Shown one piece after another: positions 1 through 8,806 of a DNA stretch of 64,000 nucleotides (the first letter of the stretch is position 1; each line of letters opens with the position of its first letter). Made by a program: the position numbers and the translations under genes. The stretch comes from an uncultured delta proteobacterium (GTDB lineage: Bacteria; Desulfobacterota; Desulfobaccia; Desulfobaccales; 0-14-0-80-60-11). The stretch covers positions 320,001 to 384,000 of the forward strand of contig CAWETI010000002.1 in the NCBI GenBank assembly GCA_963812015.1, given 5' to 3'. The notes beneath the pieces are model-generated. The model ran no database searches. It was not told the DNA's origin and worked only from the letters and a program-made list of their open reading frames with translations.

Positions 1-39
1 AGCCGGGTTGCCTGTGCTTCACTTGCAGGCAACCCGGCT
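1..39 (-). terminator. Intrinsic terminator hairpin, expression platform of the riboswitch
   Basis: 14-bp perfect inverted repeat AGCCGGGTTGCCTG (1-14) / CAGGCAACCCGGCT (26-39) overlapping the 3' strand of the aptamer; the U-tract would lie beyond the window edge. Confidence 0.7.
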
Positions 40-104
40 ATCTCCTGCTCAGAGATCCGTGGCTTTCCGTCCCCAGCTCACACTGGGTTTGGCTTTATCT
101 GTAG
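25..104 (-). ncRNA. c-di-GMP-I (GEMM-I) riboswitch aptamer
   Basis: Minus strand reads AGATAAAGCCAAACCCAG-TGTGAG-CTGGGGACGGAAAGCCACGGATCTC...GAGATAGCCGGGTTGCC, giving the GEMM motifs CAAACC, GNRA loop, GGGACGGAAAGCC and GCCGGGTTGCC. Confidence 0.85.
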
Positions 105-201
105 GATGTTGAGATCTTATCTGAGATTATCCGGGACCTGCCTCACAGAGGTTATTCCCGACAAGTTTCCTTTTTTGCCGTCGAGATGTCTAAGCTGAAC
201 G

Positions 202-232
202 ATAGTAGCATAAAATTCCATGAATTTGTCAA
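202..232 (-). promoter_or_regulatory. Putative sigma70 promoter for the riboswitch leader
   Basis: Minus strand TTGACA-N19-TACTAT with an extended TG; spacer contains the palindrome AAATTC-ATG-GAATTT; spacing is long. Confidence 0.4.
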
Positions 233-424
233 CCAACCAGCCAAAATATATTAATTTTTCAGCCTACCCTTAAGACCCCAGATACTTCACTGCTGTGAGC
301 GTGCAGACTTCGGGCTAGTAGCGCCCGGTAATGGTTGGCCAATGGGAAAAATCTTATGCGACATATGTTATTCCCTGAGAAGCCCCAGGAGGAGCAATTG
401 TGCGCCAGATGCTTGTGTCGCTCA

Positions 425-525
425 CTTGCCAGGACCAGCAATTATCAAATGCGTCGGGGAAAATTGCAGATATGATCCGGATATGGGAAGTTTTTGGAGC
501 TGTGATAAGTTTCGGACCATAGCAG
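425..525. repeat. Island repeat copy A (full length, ~100 bp)
   Basis: CTTGCCAG..GCAATTATCA..GATATGATCCGGATATGGGAAGTTTTTGG..GTGATAAGTTTCGGACCATAGCAG; aligns by eye with 5565-5664, 2704-2750, 8092-8150 and 8261-8306. Confidence 0.85.
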
Positions 526-609
526 CTATCGCGCGTTGTTTCTTCGCGCATTCGCAATTTGAAAGTATCTTGATGCTGCCTTATTCTTTGTCGCCTGACA
601 TTCCGTGAC

Positions 610-2049
610 TCAAGGGCCCTTGGCCCCGTCGGTCAGCCGTTGCAACCGCCTCTCCACGGTGGGGGGGACCGATGTGAAGTGGATCAGATAACGCCGGCTT
701 GACTCGTCAAGAGGATGGATCACCTTGGCGTACAACTCCGACTCTTCATCGCCAGCCTCGGCCTCCAACCGGAGCATTATGTTGGCATACGACTCAAGCG
801 GGCCGGTGACCTCGACTATTGCGCGCCGGGTGGATAGGGATAGCAAGGTTCCAGGATGCAATTTCTCGTCGAGATGCTTGTCGGTCAGACTCATGTAGGA
901 GAAGGGTATAGGTTCGGCCAGGGTTGTGAAGCTCGCCGCCTCTTCCTTGAGCAAAAGCCCCGGGTGGTCTTCGTGGCCCAACAACTCACGACAATTGAGG
1001 GCCTCCCGCATACCCTTGGCGTGGACTTTGATCTCGTCACCCAGGATGAGGCCCCGTCCAGCGGCGTTTATCAATGTTGGGGAGACGAGCACCTGCCCAC
1101 CGACGGTGAAGCTTTCGATACGCGCCGTCAGGTTGACCGCGCGCCCCACGACTCCGTACTTCGAGCGCTTTGTCGAGCCGATGTTGCCCACCACCACCTC
1201 TCCGGTATGCATGCCTATCCCCATTTCAATTTCGGGCCAACCCATTTGGAAGTTATGTTCGTTTACCCCGCGCATTGCCTTCTGCATCTCAAGGGCACAG
1301 AGGACGGCGCGCTGAGCCGCGTCCGGCATCACCATGGGGGCACCAAAAAGCACGAAGATGGCGTCCCCGATGATCTCATCAATAGTGCCGCTGGTTCGGT
1401 GAATAAGCTCGACCATGGTGGAGAGGTAATGGTTCAATAAGGCAACGACTGCAGTGGCCTCAAGCCGCTCAGCCAGGGCGGTGAACCCCCGCAGGTCGGA
1501 CATCAGTAAGGTAACCTCGCGCTTCTCTCCACCCAGCTTGAGCCCTTCGGGCATGTCGAGGAGCACCCCCACGATGTCGTCGCTCGTGTAACGGCCAAAG
1601 GTCTCCCGGATGAACTGATTGCGACGCTCGAGTTGCTGGTTCAGATTGACGAGTTGGGCGCGGGAGTCCTTCAGTTGCTGAGTCATGGTGTTGAAGGCAA
1701 TGGAGAAGTCCCCCATGAAGTCAACCCTTTGCTCCAGATCACCCCCGGCGATCTGTTGGGTCTTCCAGGTAAGGTGCTTGAGGTTCGATTGAAGGGCCTT
1801 GAAGGATTGGATAATGGCCATGCGGCCCGCCATGGGGCGAATGTCCAATTCTCCCTGGGCGACCTGCGCCATGGATTCGGTGAACAGGGCGAACTCCACC
1901 AGGAAGCGATTCACATAGGTAAGAAGCTGGCGGATCTCATTGTCCGGGAGGTCATCCGGTATAGGGATGGGTTGAGGGACTTTCCCGGTGCGAAGATGAT
2001 GGAACGTTGCGGTAATTTTATCAAGGAGATCCTCTTCAACCTCGATCAT
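610..2049 (-). CDS. HAMP-domain class III nucleotide cyclase, Cya2-like (predicted guanylyl cyclase), with possible PilZ-like C-terminus
   Basis: SDLRGFT, DEIIGDA, GMHTGEVVVGNIGS, KYGVVGRAVNLTARIES; HAMP-like HLTWKTQQIAGGDLEQRVDFMGDFSIAFN; no transmembrane segment. Confidence 0.85.
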   Translation of the reverse strand: MIEVEEDLLDKITATFHHLRTGKVPQPIPIPDDLPDNEIRQLLTYVNRFLVEFALFTESMAQVAQGELDIRPMAGRMAIIQSFKALQSNLKHLTWKTQQIAGGDLEQRVDFMGDFSIAFNTMTQQLKDSRAQLVNLNQQLERRNQFIRETFGRYTSDDIVGVLLDMPEGLKLGGEKREVTLLMSDLRGFTALAERLEATAVVALLNHYLSTMVELIHRTSGTIDEIIGDAIFVLFGAPMVMPDAAQRAVLCALEMQKAMRGVNEHNFQMGWPEIEMGIGMHTGEVVVGNIGSTKRSKYGVVGRAVNLTARIESFTVGGQVLVSPTLINAAGRGLILGDEIKVHAKGMREALNCRELLGHEDHPGLLLKEEAASFTTLAEPIPFSYMSLTDKHLDEKLHPGTLLSLSTRRAIVEVTGPLESYANIMLRLEAEAGDEESELYAKVIHPLDESSRRYLIHFTSVPPTVERRLQRLTDGAKGP

Positions 2050-2058
2050 CTTGGAACC

Positions 2059-2583
2059 TCATTTGGGGTCAACCGTGAAACGACAGACCCTCCCCCCGGT
2101 GCCCCAGCAGTCGACTTCCTTAACGTGGAAGTCCTTCCCCGAATAGGCGAGCAGGAGGCCCGCAATAAATCCTTCATCATAAGTGCAGATCTCCTCCGAG
2201 CACACTGGGATCCCCGAGCAATCAAGATCCTCTGCCACAGTTACTACGAAAGAGCCCTTTTCGTAATCGGCCGATTCGACGCGGAAGATCCCAATGCCGA
2301 GTTCCTTCATCGTGCGCTGGAGATCGGCAAACAGGCCATCCAAGTCCTTATGCTCGGTAAGGATGTTTTTGCAATACTCTTCACCGGCTTTCTTACCAGC
2401 CTCGAAAATAATCCGGTCGGTCTTCTCAACCCCAAATTCCCGGATGAGGAGGTCGCGCAGCGTGAACTGCATCAGGCGGTAAACAGCCACGTGCACCATG
2501 GGGCCGAGATTCGGCCGCCCTTTTTCGATATCGCCCAACATGCTCCATTCGAATTGGCTTTCTTCCCGTTCTTCTTTGAACAT
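2059..2583 (-). CDS. Stand-alone V4R (4-vinyl reductase) domain protein
   Basis: EDLDCSG..CTYDEGFIAG..EVDCWGTGGRVCRF V4R signature; RBS GGAGGAG; 9 bp upstream of the cyclase. Confidence 0.85.
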   Translation of the reverse strand: MFKEEREESQFEWSMLGDIEKGRPNLGPMVHVAVYRLMQFTLRDLLIREFGVEKTDRIIFEAGKKAGEEYCKNILTEHKDLDGLFADLQRTMKELGIGIFRVESADYEKGSFVVTVAEDLDCSGIPVCSEEICTYDEGFIAGLLLAYSGKDFHVKEVDCWGTGGRVCRFTVDPK

Positions 2584-2703
2584 GTGCTTACTCTCCTCCC
2601 TACGAGATCATAACTATTGATGCCTCGGCGTTTATGTTCTTCCTGGCCTGCCCATTACTATCCTCCCCAGGAATCCGAGACATTGCGGCTCCTCTAAATT
2701 TAA

Positions 2704-2750
2704 GGTTATGGGAGCTTTTTGGCTCTGTGATAAGTTTCGGATCATAGCAG
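2704..2750. repeat. Island repeat copy B (right half only)
   Basis: GGTTATGGGAGCTTTTTGGCTCTGTGATAAGTTTCGGATCATAGCAG, ending 11 bp from the CHAT gene stop. Confidence 0.8.
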
Positions 2751-2761
2751 AACTCTTCTAC

Positions 2762-5386
2762 TTACCCATCCCCGTGCAAGATTAGGCCCGACCAGAAATA
2801 TGGATGAGGTTCCTTGGCCCGCACTGCCTGGCGGGCGACCTTTAATGCCTCAATCTTGGGCTTCCCCTCCTTTAGGGCCTTATAAAAGGTCTCATAAAAC
2901 TTCATGGACTCATCCACCGGGATGTTCCACAGGGCCACCATGACGCTGCGGGCCCCGGCCTGTTGGAAGGCCCGGGCGAAATTCAGCACCCCTTCCCCCT
3001 GCATCACCTGGCCTACCCCGGTCATGCAGGCGGCCAGAGTCACCAGATCCGCATCCAGTTTCAACTGCAACACCTTGCTGAAAGTCAGGAACCCGTCATC
3101 CGGTGGTTTATTTTCTACTTGAGTCAGGACCAGCGTGGGCTCTCGCACCCCGGCAATCTTATCCGCTAAAAACCCGTGGGTGCCGAAGAAGAGATAGCGA
3201 TATTGGCCCAGGCTAGTCTGCCGCACTTTTGTTTCCGTGGCGAAGACATCCAGGAGCACCTGGGGAGGCTGGGGCTTTTCCTGGAAGAGGGCGGCCAGTT
3301 CCAGCACGGTCTGGCGAGTCTCCGGCAGCGGCGGAAACTCCAGCCGCCCCCACCCCTTGTCGGTGGCCGCCATAGTCATAGCCTTTTCCGGCCCCGCACC
3401 CCGGAGTTCCCCCGCCTTCTCCTTGCCTGCCTTATAGGCCAGATAGCGGCTGTTATCCTTGGTGTAGATGCAGTCCCCCAGGGCAAAGAGGGGCTGACCG
3501 GCTTTGGAAGAACCCAAAACCCGGTTCAAGACTAGAATAGCAGCGGACTGAAAATAGGTGACAGGCCAGCGGTCTCCCACCAGGGTGCTTTTGTCCCAGC
3601 CGGCGCCGGCCTGCACCACCAGAGCCTCAAAGGGGAAGGCTCCCAGGGCGCCATCGGGAACGATGATCAGTTTGGTGCCAGGATTCACCCCGACCAGTGC
3701 CGGGGCCAGGATCTCCTGATACAAGGAGGCCGCCTCGCTCACTGAAAAACGGGATAAATCCTCGCGCCGCAAGACGCTTTTCCGAAAAGGCGCCAGCATG
3801 GCCCCCAGGCGCTTTTCCAGGGCCTCCTGCCCCAAAGCCAGCCGGAACACCTGGGTCTTGCCCCCGGGTTCCACCCGGAAAAGATAACTGTCCTTATCAC
3901 CCAGGGCGTACTCCAGCAGCACCTCCCCCGGCTTCAGGGGCAGCTCCTGGGCCTTATACGGTTGGGGATAGGCTAGCGCCGCATACCGGGGTTCCCGGTG
4001 GCGCAGTTCCGTAACCAAGCTATCCATCTCCCGTTGCAAGGCTTCCCTATGGAGTTGGAAATCCTGGGCCGGCTGATCCTTCCGATCCCCTCTTCCCCCC
4101 TTTGACATTATCCGTTCTGCCCTTTGGGCTTCCAGGGTCTGCAAGCGCTCCTGGAGATTTTTCTCCTTAGCCGCCAACTCCGGGGGCAATTGGGGGGCCA
4201 CCCGCGCCGCCCCGGCGGCAAGGGCCTCCAGCAAAGAACGGGCCTTGATTGCTTCAGCAAAATAAAAGGCCGCAGCAGAGAGATCCGGTCCATAAGCTTG
4301 CAAGCCCGCAGGAGCAGGATCGCCTTTCTGGGCCATCTCCGCCAGTAAACCTGTCATACCCTGATAGGCGCGAAAATAGCCACCCAGAACCCCCGACTCG
4401 AAGAAGCTGGTGCGTTCCCCTGAGGTGAGGGCCCGCAACCCTTCGATATTCTTGATGGCCTGCATGAAAGCGGCAGACGCCTCTCCCCGGCTCCCCAACC
4501 CCTGGAGCGCCAACCCTTTTTGCGTATAATAAAGCGCCTGGACTTGGGGGGGGGTCCATGCCAAGGGGACGAGATGAGAGGTTAAGAGGTTCAGGGCTGA
4601 TGCATACTGCCTGGTGGCCAGATAAAGTTCCACCATACCGCGGTGTCCCTCTGGGGGTTGAGCCCGGAGGAAAGTGGATTCGGCCTGGTTATAATCTTTC
4701 TTGACCAGATAGATAAATCCCAGAGTCGTGAGACTGCGTGCGGTCTGTCGGTTTTCTAGTCCTAATGCCTTTTCATTGATCTGCGCGGCGCGTCGGGCCA
4801 AGGGCAGAGCCTGGTCATAGGAACCCTCCTGGCAATAAAGGATCGCTAGATTGTACAAGGCGGACGCAGTCTGCCGGTCTTCCGGCCCCAACGCCTTTTC
4901 GCTGATCCGTAAACCTTGCTGGATCATGAGCAACGCCTTTTCCCGGGCTCCCATCTGTCCATAAAGGTACCCCAGGATTATCTGGCTCTGGGCGGTTTGG
5001 GAGTGTTCGGGCCCCAGGACCTTCTCATTGAGCTGGAAGGCTTTATGGGCCAGGGGCAGAGCCTGATCGAAGAAACCGAGAATAGAGTATAATCTTGCCA
5101 AATGTGCCATACACTTGGCGGTGAGCGGATCTTCTGGTCCCAAGGCCCTCTCGCTGAGACTCAGGGCCTGCTTGTAAGTATTCAGGGCGGTAATGCCAAG
5201 ACCAGCATCCACATCAGCCCAGGCCTTTTTCAGTAATTCCTTGACTTCGGCCGCCTCCGGCTTTTGGCCGGCTACTGGCATCTCCATACCTAAAGTTGAC
5301 TGGGGACTCTTCTTGGCGGCATAGCCGTATGTTCCAAATAAGCCAAAGAGCAAGAGGCAGAAGCAAACAGAGATGAGTCTGACCAT
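2762..5386 (-). CDS. TPR-repeat CHAT (caspase-like) protease with signal peptide
   Basis: Hydrophobic N-terminus; TPRs of the EKALGPEH/D type; CHAT motifs IIVPDGAL, FFGTHG, VTLAACMTG, ALWNIP, HPYFWSG. Confidence 0.9.
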   Translation of the reverse strand: MVRLISVCFCLLLFGLFGTYGYAAKKSPQSTLGMEMPVAGQKPEAAEVKELLKKAWADVDAGLGITALNTYKQALSLSERALGPEDPLTAKCMAHLARLYSILGFFDQALPLAHKAFQLNEKVLGPEHSQTAQSQIILGYLYGQMGAREKALLMIQQGLRISEKALGPEDRQTASALYNLAILYCQEGSYDQALPLARRAAQINEKALGLENRQTARSLTTLGFIYLVKKDYNQAESTFLRAQPPEGHRGMVELYLATRQYASALNLLTSHLVPLAWTPPQVQALYYTQKGLALQGLGSRGEASAAFMQAIKNIEGLRALTSGERTSFFESGVLGGYFRAYQGMTGLLAEMAQKGDPAPAGLQAYGPDLSAAAFYFAEAIKARSLLEALAAGAARVAPQLPPELAAKEKNLQERLQTLEAQRAERIMSKGGRGDRKDQPAQDFQLHREALQREMDSLVTELRHREPRYAALAYPQPYKAQELPLKPGEVLLEYALGDKDSYLFRVEPGGKTQVFRLALGQEALEKRLGAMLAPFRKSVLRREDLSRFSVSEAASLYQEILAPALVGVNPGTKLIIVPDGALGAFPFEALVVQAGAGWDKSTLVGDRWPVTYFQSAAILVLNRVLGSSKAGQPLFALGDCIYTKDNSRYLAYKAGKEKAGELRGAGPEKAMTMAATDKGWGRLEFPPLPETRQTVLELAALFQEKPQPPQVLLDVFATETKVRQTSLGQYRYLFFGTHGFLADKIAGVREPTLVLTQVENKPPDDGFLTFSKVLQLKLDADLVTLAACMTGVGQVMQGEGVLNFARAFQQAGARSVMVALWNIPVDESMKFYETFYKALKEGKPKIEALKVARQAVRAKEPHPYFWSGLILHGDG

Positions 5387-5564
5387 ATTATCCTCCCCTG
5401 ACCCTGCTAAGGGAAAATCCGAGGCTTAGCTAATGGCGTGCCGTGGCTTGGAGGCGGAAGCAAAGATATATAGGTCCATTCACCAACTTCTGAAATTCAC
5501 ATTGCCACGAGGAGGTAGGATTGTCAAGAAATGGACCTTTGGTCAAGGTTCCTTGGCTCACCAT

Positions 5565-5664
5565 CTTGCCAGCCCCTGCAGTTATCATCGGGCCGGTAGA
5601 AATTATACATATGGTCTGGATATGGAAGGTTTTTGGCTTCGTGATAATTTTTGGATCATAGCAG
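5565..5664. repeat. Island repeat copy C (full length)
   Basis: CTTGCCAG..GCAGTTATCA..CATATGGTCTGGATATGGAAGGTTTTTGG..GTGATAATTTTTGGATCATAGCAG. Confidence 0.85.
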
Positions 5665-5754
5665 TAACCGCCACTATTCACTCCGCTTAGCCGATCGAGC
5701 ACTTGATCAAAAATGCACTCAGGTTTTCAACGAACGGATTTGGTATGTATCTAG

Positions 5755-6912
5755 TTATAGAAAAAGTTCCTGTATCACTTGGAGGCCACCAATCAAGGCC
5801 AGCAGACCGATAAGATTTGGAGGAGACATCCCACCCAGAGCGCCAAGCACCAACACCGCGGCAGCACCTCCGAAGCGGAAGACCAGGCGAGTTTTCTGAA
5901 TCTTTCTCCGGCTGACGTCAATAATGAGTTGGATACAGCCGATGGATAGTAAAACCAAGGCTGCTGCTCCGCAACTGAGCCAGCGCTCTCCCGCCGGCAA
6001 GGCCAGGTCCTGAGGGCTGGCTACCGCATACTGTACGCCCACGGCGCCGGCCGCCAGACCGATGACCAGGGGGAGATGGGCGTAAAGCCAGCCCTGGTAA
6101 AGCCAGATGCGCCCCTTGGCCCGGGCGACGCGTATGGCGGCGCCGTCAATATTGTCAAAATAGGCCCACCAGAAGGTGAAGGCGAGGCTCAACCCCAACG
6201 CCGCGGTAAGTCCGGACTGGATACTCCAGGCGTGTTTCGTTAAACCCATCACAACCCCCGCGATTGCCTCTCCCAGCACGAAGAGGATAAAGGAGGCGAA
6301 GCGTTCAGGCAGGTGGGCGGCGTGAGGTGCCAATCGAGAGTGGAGTTTTTCCCCGGCCGTCAGAGGGGTGGCGAAATCAATCAGGAGACCGAATCCCCAC
6401 AGGTAAAAACGGAATGGCGTCGGGACCCAGGCCGACACCAACCAGATGGTCGCAGCCGCGCCGAAGCCCAGACCATAGCGTTTCGTCAAGGAGCGGGCGA
6501 CAGGCACCCAGACATGGGCGCCCAGGTATTCTCCCACCAGGATGAAGCGCACCGCGGCATACGAGAGGGCGAAGCCGGCTGAAGCGTGGCCCAAACCGGC
6601 ATGAACATTCACCGCCATGGCTGCGACCGCAAACATCTGGGCGATGATGAACAGGCGTTGTCCCAGATCGTCGGTGTCAAACCGGTCGGCATAAAAGGAC
6701 TGGCCTACCCAGGCCCACCAGACCGGGACGCACAAAAAGGCGAAACCGAGGACTCCGGGGACGGAAAGGCCCTGACTGAGCCCAAAAGTCAATTGGGCCA
6801 CCACCGAGGCAAAGAGCAGGTCATAAAAAAGCTCTAGCCAGGTGGCGTGCCGTTCTTCTTCCGCCCCCTCACCGATGCGCAGCCGCGGCGGTTTCCACAC
6901 TATTTTTTTCAT
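5755..6912 (-). CDS. Low temperature requirement protein A (LtrA) family membrane protein
   Basis: RHATWLELFYDL, HLPERF..F..FVLGE, WWAYFD, WLYAHLPL; multiple TM helices. Confidence 0.9.
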   Translation of the reverse strand: MKKIVWKPPRLRIGEGAEEERHATWLELFYDLLFASVVAQLTFGLSQGLSVPGVLGFAFLCVPVWWAWVGQSFYADRFDTDDLGQRLFIIAQMFAVAAMAVNVHAGLGHASAGFALSYAAVRFILVGEYLGAHVWVPVARSLTKRYGLGFGAAATIWLVSAWVPTPFRFYLWGFGLLIDFATPLTAGEKLHSRLAPHAAHLPERFASFILFVLGEAIAGVVMGLTKHAWSIQSGLTAALGLSLAFTFWWAYFDNIDGAAIRVARAKGRIWLYQGWLYAHLPLVIGLAAGAVGVQYAVASPQDLALPAGERWLSCGAAALVLLSIGCIQLIIDVSRRKIQKTRLVFRFGGAAAVLVLGALGGMSPPNLIGLLALIGGLQVIQELFL

Positions 6913-6947
6913 ATCGGATCAGATCGTTGGCCCAAGCCGCTCTTGGC

Positions 6948-7862
6948 TCATCTCTTGGCGTGTTTGATGAAAATGCCCTCCTGATATTCCTTGAACGCCT
7001 GTTGCAATTCTTCCTGTGTATTCATAACGATAGGACCATACCACGCTACGGGTTCGCCAATGGGCTGGCCCGAGATCAGGAGAAACCGCACCGGGCTGGC
7101 AGGAGCAAAGACTGCCACCTCATCGCCCTCCCCGTAATGGATAATGGTCCGATTGCCGCAGACACACCGGCGGTCAAAATCAAAATAGTTAGACCCTATG
7201 ACTTCATGCGCATAGGCATCCCGCTCGGGGTCGAAATAGCCTTCCCCCTCTATGACGTAGGCAAAGGCCGTATGGCCCCGCCGGATTGGATGATGGAACT
7301 CGGCTCCAGCCGGCACCAAGACATCGAGGTATTCCGGGTCCGTGACAATATCCTTGACCGGTCCCCGAGTTCCGTTAACTTGCCCGCAAATGATCTTCAC
7401 CTTGACGCCCTGAGTTAAAGAGACCTCGGGAATCTGGGCGGCCTTCACGTCCCGGTAGCGGGGTTCCATCATCTTGCGGGAGGCCGGAAGATTGGCCCAG
7501 AGCTGGAAGCCGTACATGCGACCTCGGGTATCCCCCTTGGGCATCTCCTGGTGGATGATTCCGCTGCCTGCCGTCATCCACTGCACGTCTCCCGGGGTGA
7601 TTACCCCCTTGTTGCCCATGCTGTCGCCATGTTCCACTTCTCCAGCCAGGATGTAGGTAATCGTTTCAATCCCCCGGTGTGGATGCCAAGGAAAACCCTT
7701 TAGATAGTCGGTGGGATCATCCCCGCGAAAATCGTCCAGGAGGAGAAAAGGGTCGAATTGGGGCACTTGGTCGTACCCGAAGGCCCGCCGGAGGCGGACC
7801 CCAGCGCCTTCCATTGTGGCCCTGCTTTGCCACACCTTGTTAATTTTTCTTATCTTGGCCAT
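6948..7862 (-). CDS. Pirin family protein
   Basis: DPFLLLD, GFPWHPHRGIETITY, QWMTAGSGIIHQE, GPIVMNT. Confidence 0.95.
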   Translation of the reverse strand: MAKIRKINKVWQSRATMEGAGVRLRRAFGYDQVPQFDPFLLLDDFRGDDPTDYLKGFPWHPHRGIETITYILAGEVEHGDSMGNKGVITPGDVQWMTAGSGIIHQEMPKGDTRGRMYGFQLWANLPASRKMMEPRYRDVKAAQIPEVSLTQGVKVKIICGQVNGTRGPVKDIVTDPEYLDVLVPAGAEFHHPIRRGHTAFAYVIEGEGYFDPERDAYAHEVIGSNYFDFDRRCVCGNRTIIHYGEGDEVAVFAPASPVRFLLISGQPIGEPVAWYGPIVMNTQEELQQAFKEYQEGIFIKHAKR

Positions 7863-8091
7863 GGATATCCCTCTGGTTGATACCGCTTGACATGCTTGCG
7901 GAGAAAGTTGTGCATCAGGTCGGTTATCTAACCGCCATCATTCTGCTCGAGCGGTCGTAGGTGATTAGTCTGCGAGATTACCCACCTCAATTGACACCCG
8001 GTTCCTCCAAACAATCGATCTGTCTTTAAGTTAAGATGGCCAAGGACATGGGTCAACTCACCCATTATTTAGGCGAAGACACGGTCGATAT

Positions 8092-8150
8092 CTTGCCAGA
8101 TCATGCAGTTATCATCGGACGGGCAGAATTTATAGATATGATCCGCATAT
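8092..8150. repeat. Island repeat copy D1 (left half)
   Basis: CTTGCCAGATCATGCAGTTATCATCGG..GATATGATCCGCATAT; similarity stops at the centre of the repeat. Confidence 0.8.
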
Positions 8151-8260
8151 CATATGGGGGCAACAGTGGGGAGGAAGATTTCAGATGTCGGTGATGGGGA
8201 AACGCCAGTTTACCGGCGGGAATGGCAGGAATCCTTCAGGCCAAAAAGGCTTGATATCCT

Positions 8261-8306
8261 CTGGATATGTAAAGTTTTTAGAGCCGTGATAAGTGTCGGA
8301 TCATAG
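8261..8306. repeat. Island repeat copy D2 (right half)
   Basis: CTGGATATGTAAAGTTTTTAGAGCCGTGATAAGTGTCGGATCATAG. Confidence 0.8.
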
Positions 8307-8517
8307 ATGCTATGAAAGGTTTCTTGCGCTGGCCTCCTGATATAAAAGGTGAAGTTTCGCCAGAAAAGACAAAGAGAGGAGGCTGACCATGGACCACAAG
8401 CAGGGAAAGCAGGTCAGAGAACAGAGCGCCCAGGGGCCAGTTTTGTACGTGGCCTTCGAACTGGCAAAGCATGGAAGATGGCAAGGGCACAGAGGCGGGG
8501 GAAAGTTTTCTCGGTGA
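8307..8517 (+). pseudogene. IS110-family element remnant (left end plus frameshifted, truncated transposase 5' end)
   Basis: RBS AGGAGG then ATG 8389: MDHKQGKQVREQSAQGPVLYVAFEL, continuing in another frame as KAWKMA (IS110 LYVAFELS..WK-type start); GCCTCCT/AGGAGGC hairpin covers the RBS. Confidence 0.6.
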
Positions 8518-8533
8518 TGCAGAGGCGGTCCAC

Positions 8534-8806
8534 CTATTCCATTTCAAATGTACGAGTTTCCCCCATATCTTGGTCATAGACTTCGACATCAACAGATGAG
8601 CCATTCCTCTGGATTGAATCCACATCTCCATATCGATATTCGCCCTTATCATAATCATAAAATTCAATTTCTTGCCCGGGTCGGACCAGGTTCCCTTTCT
8701 CAATCTCAACGGAAGTGCCATTTTCATAGTCGTATCCATCCCATGCGAGGACTGGGACAGAACACACAAGCCAGAGAAGAGCGACAGAAATAGCAATTCT
8801 TATCAT
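8534..8806 (-). CDS. Small exported protein, DUF5334-like
   Basis: Signal peptide then WDGYDYENGTSVEIEKGNLVRPG..FYDY; RBS AGGAGG. Confidence 0.75.
   Translation of the reverse strand: MIRIAISVALLWLVCSVPVLAWDGYDYENGTSVEIEKGNLVRPGQEIEFYDYDKGEYRYGDVDSIQRNGSSVDVEVYDQDMGETRTFEME

Noticed and set aside
342..608. Short ORFs overlapping island repeats (342-608, 5430-5702, 5433-5690)
   Set aside because: Reading frames are not conserved between repeat copies and there is no RBS; treated as non-coding.
425..8306. Island repeat interpreted as a CRISPR array or integron attC sites
   Set aside because: Spacing is kilobases and copies are degenerate; no cas genes; no RYYYAAC/GTTRRRY boxes and the integrase is not recognisably IntI-like.
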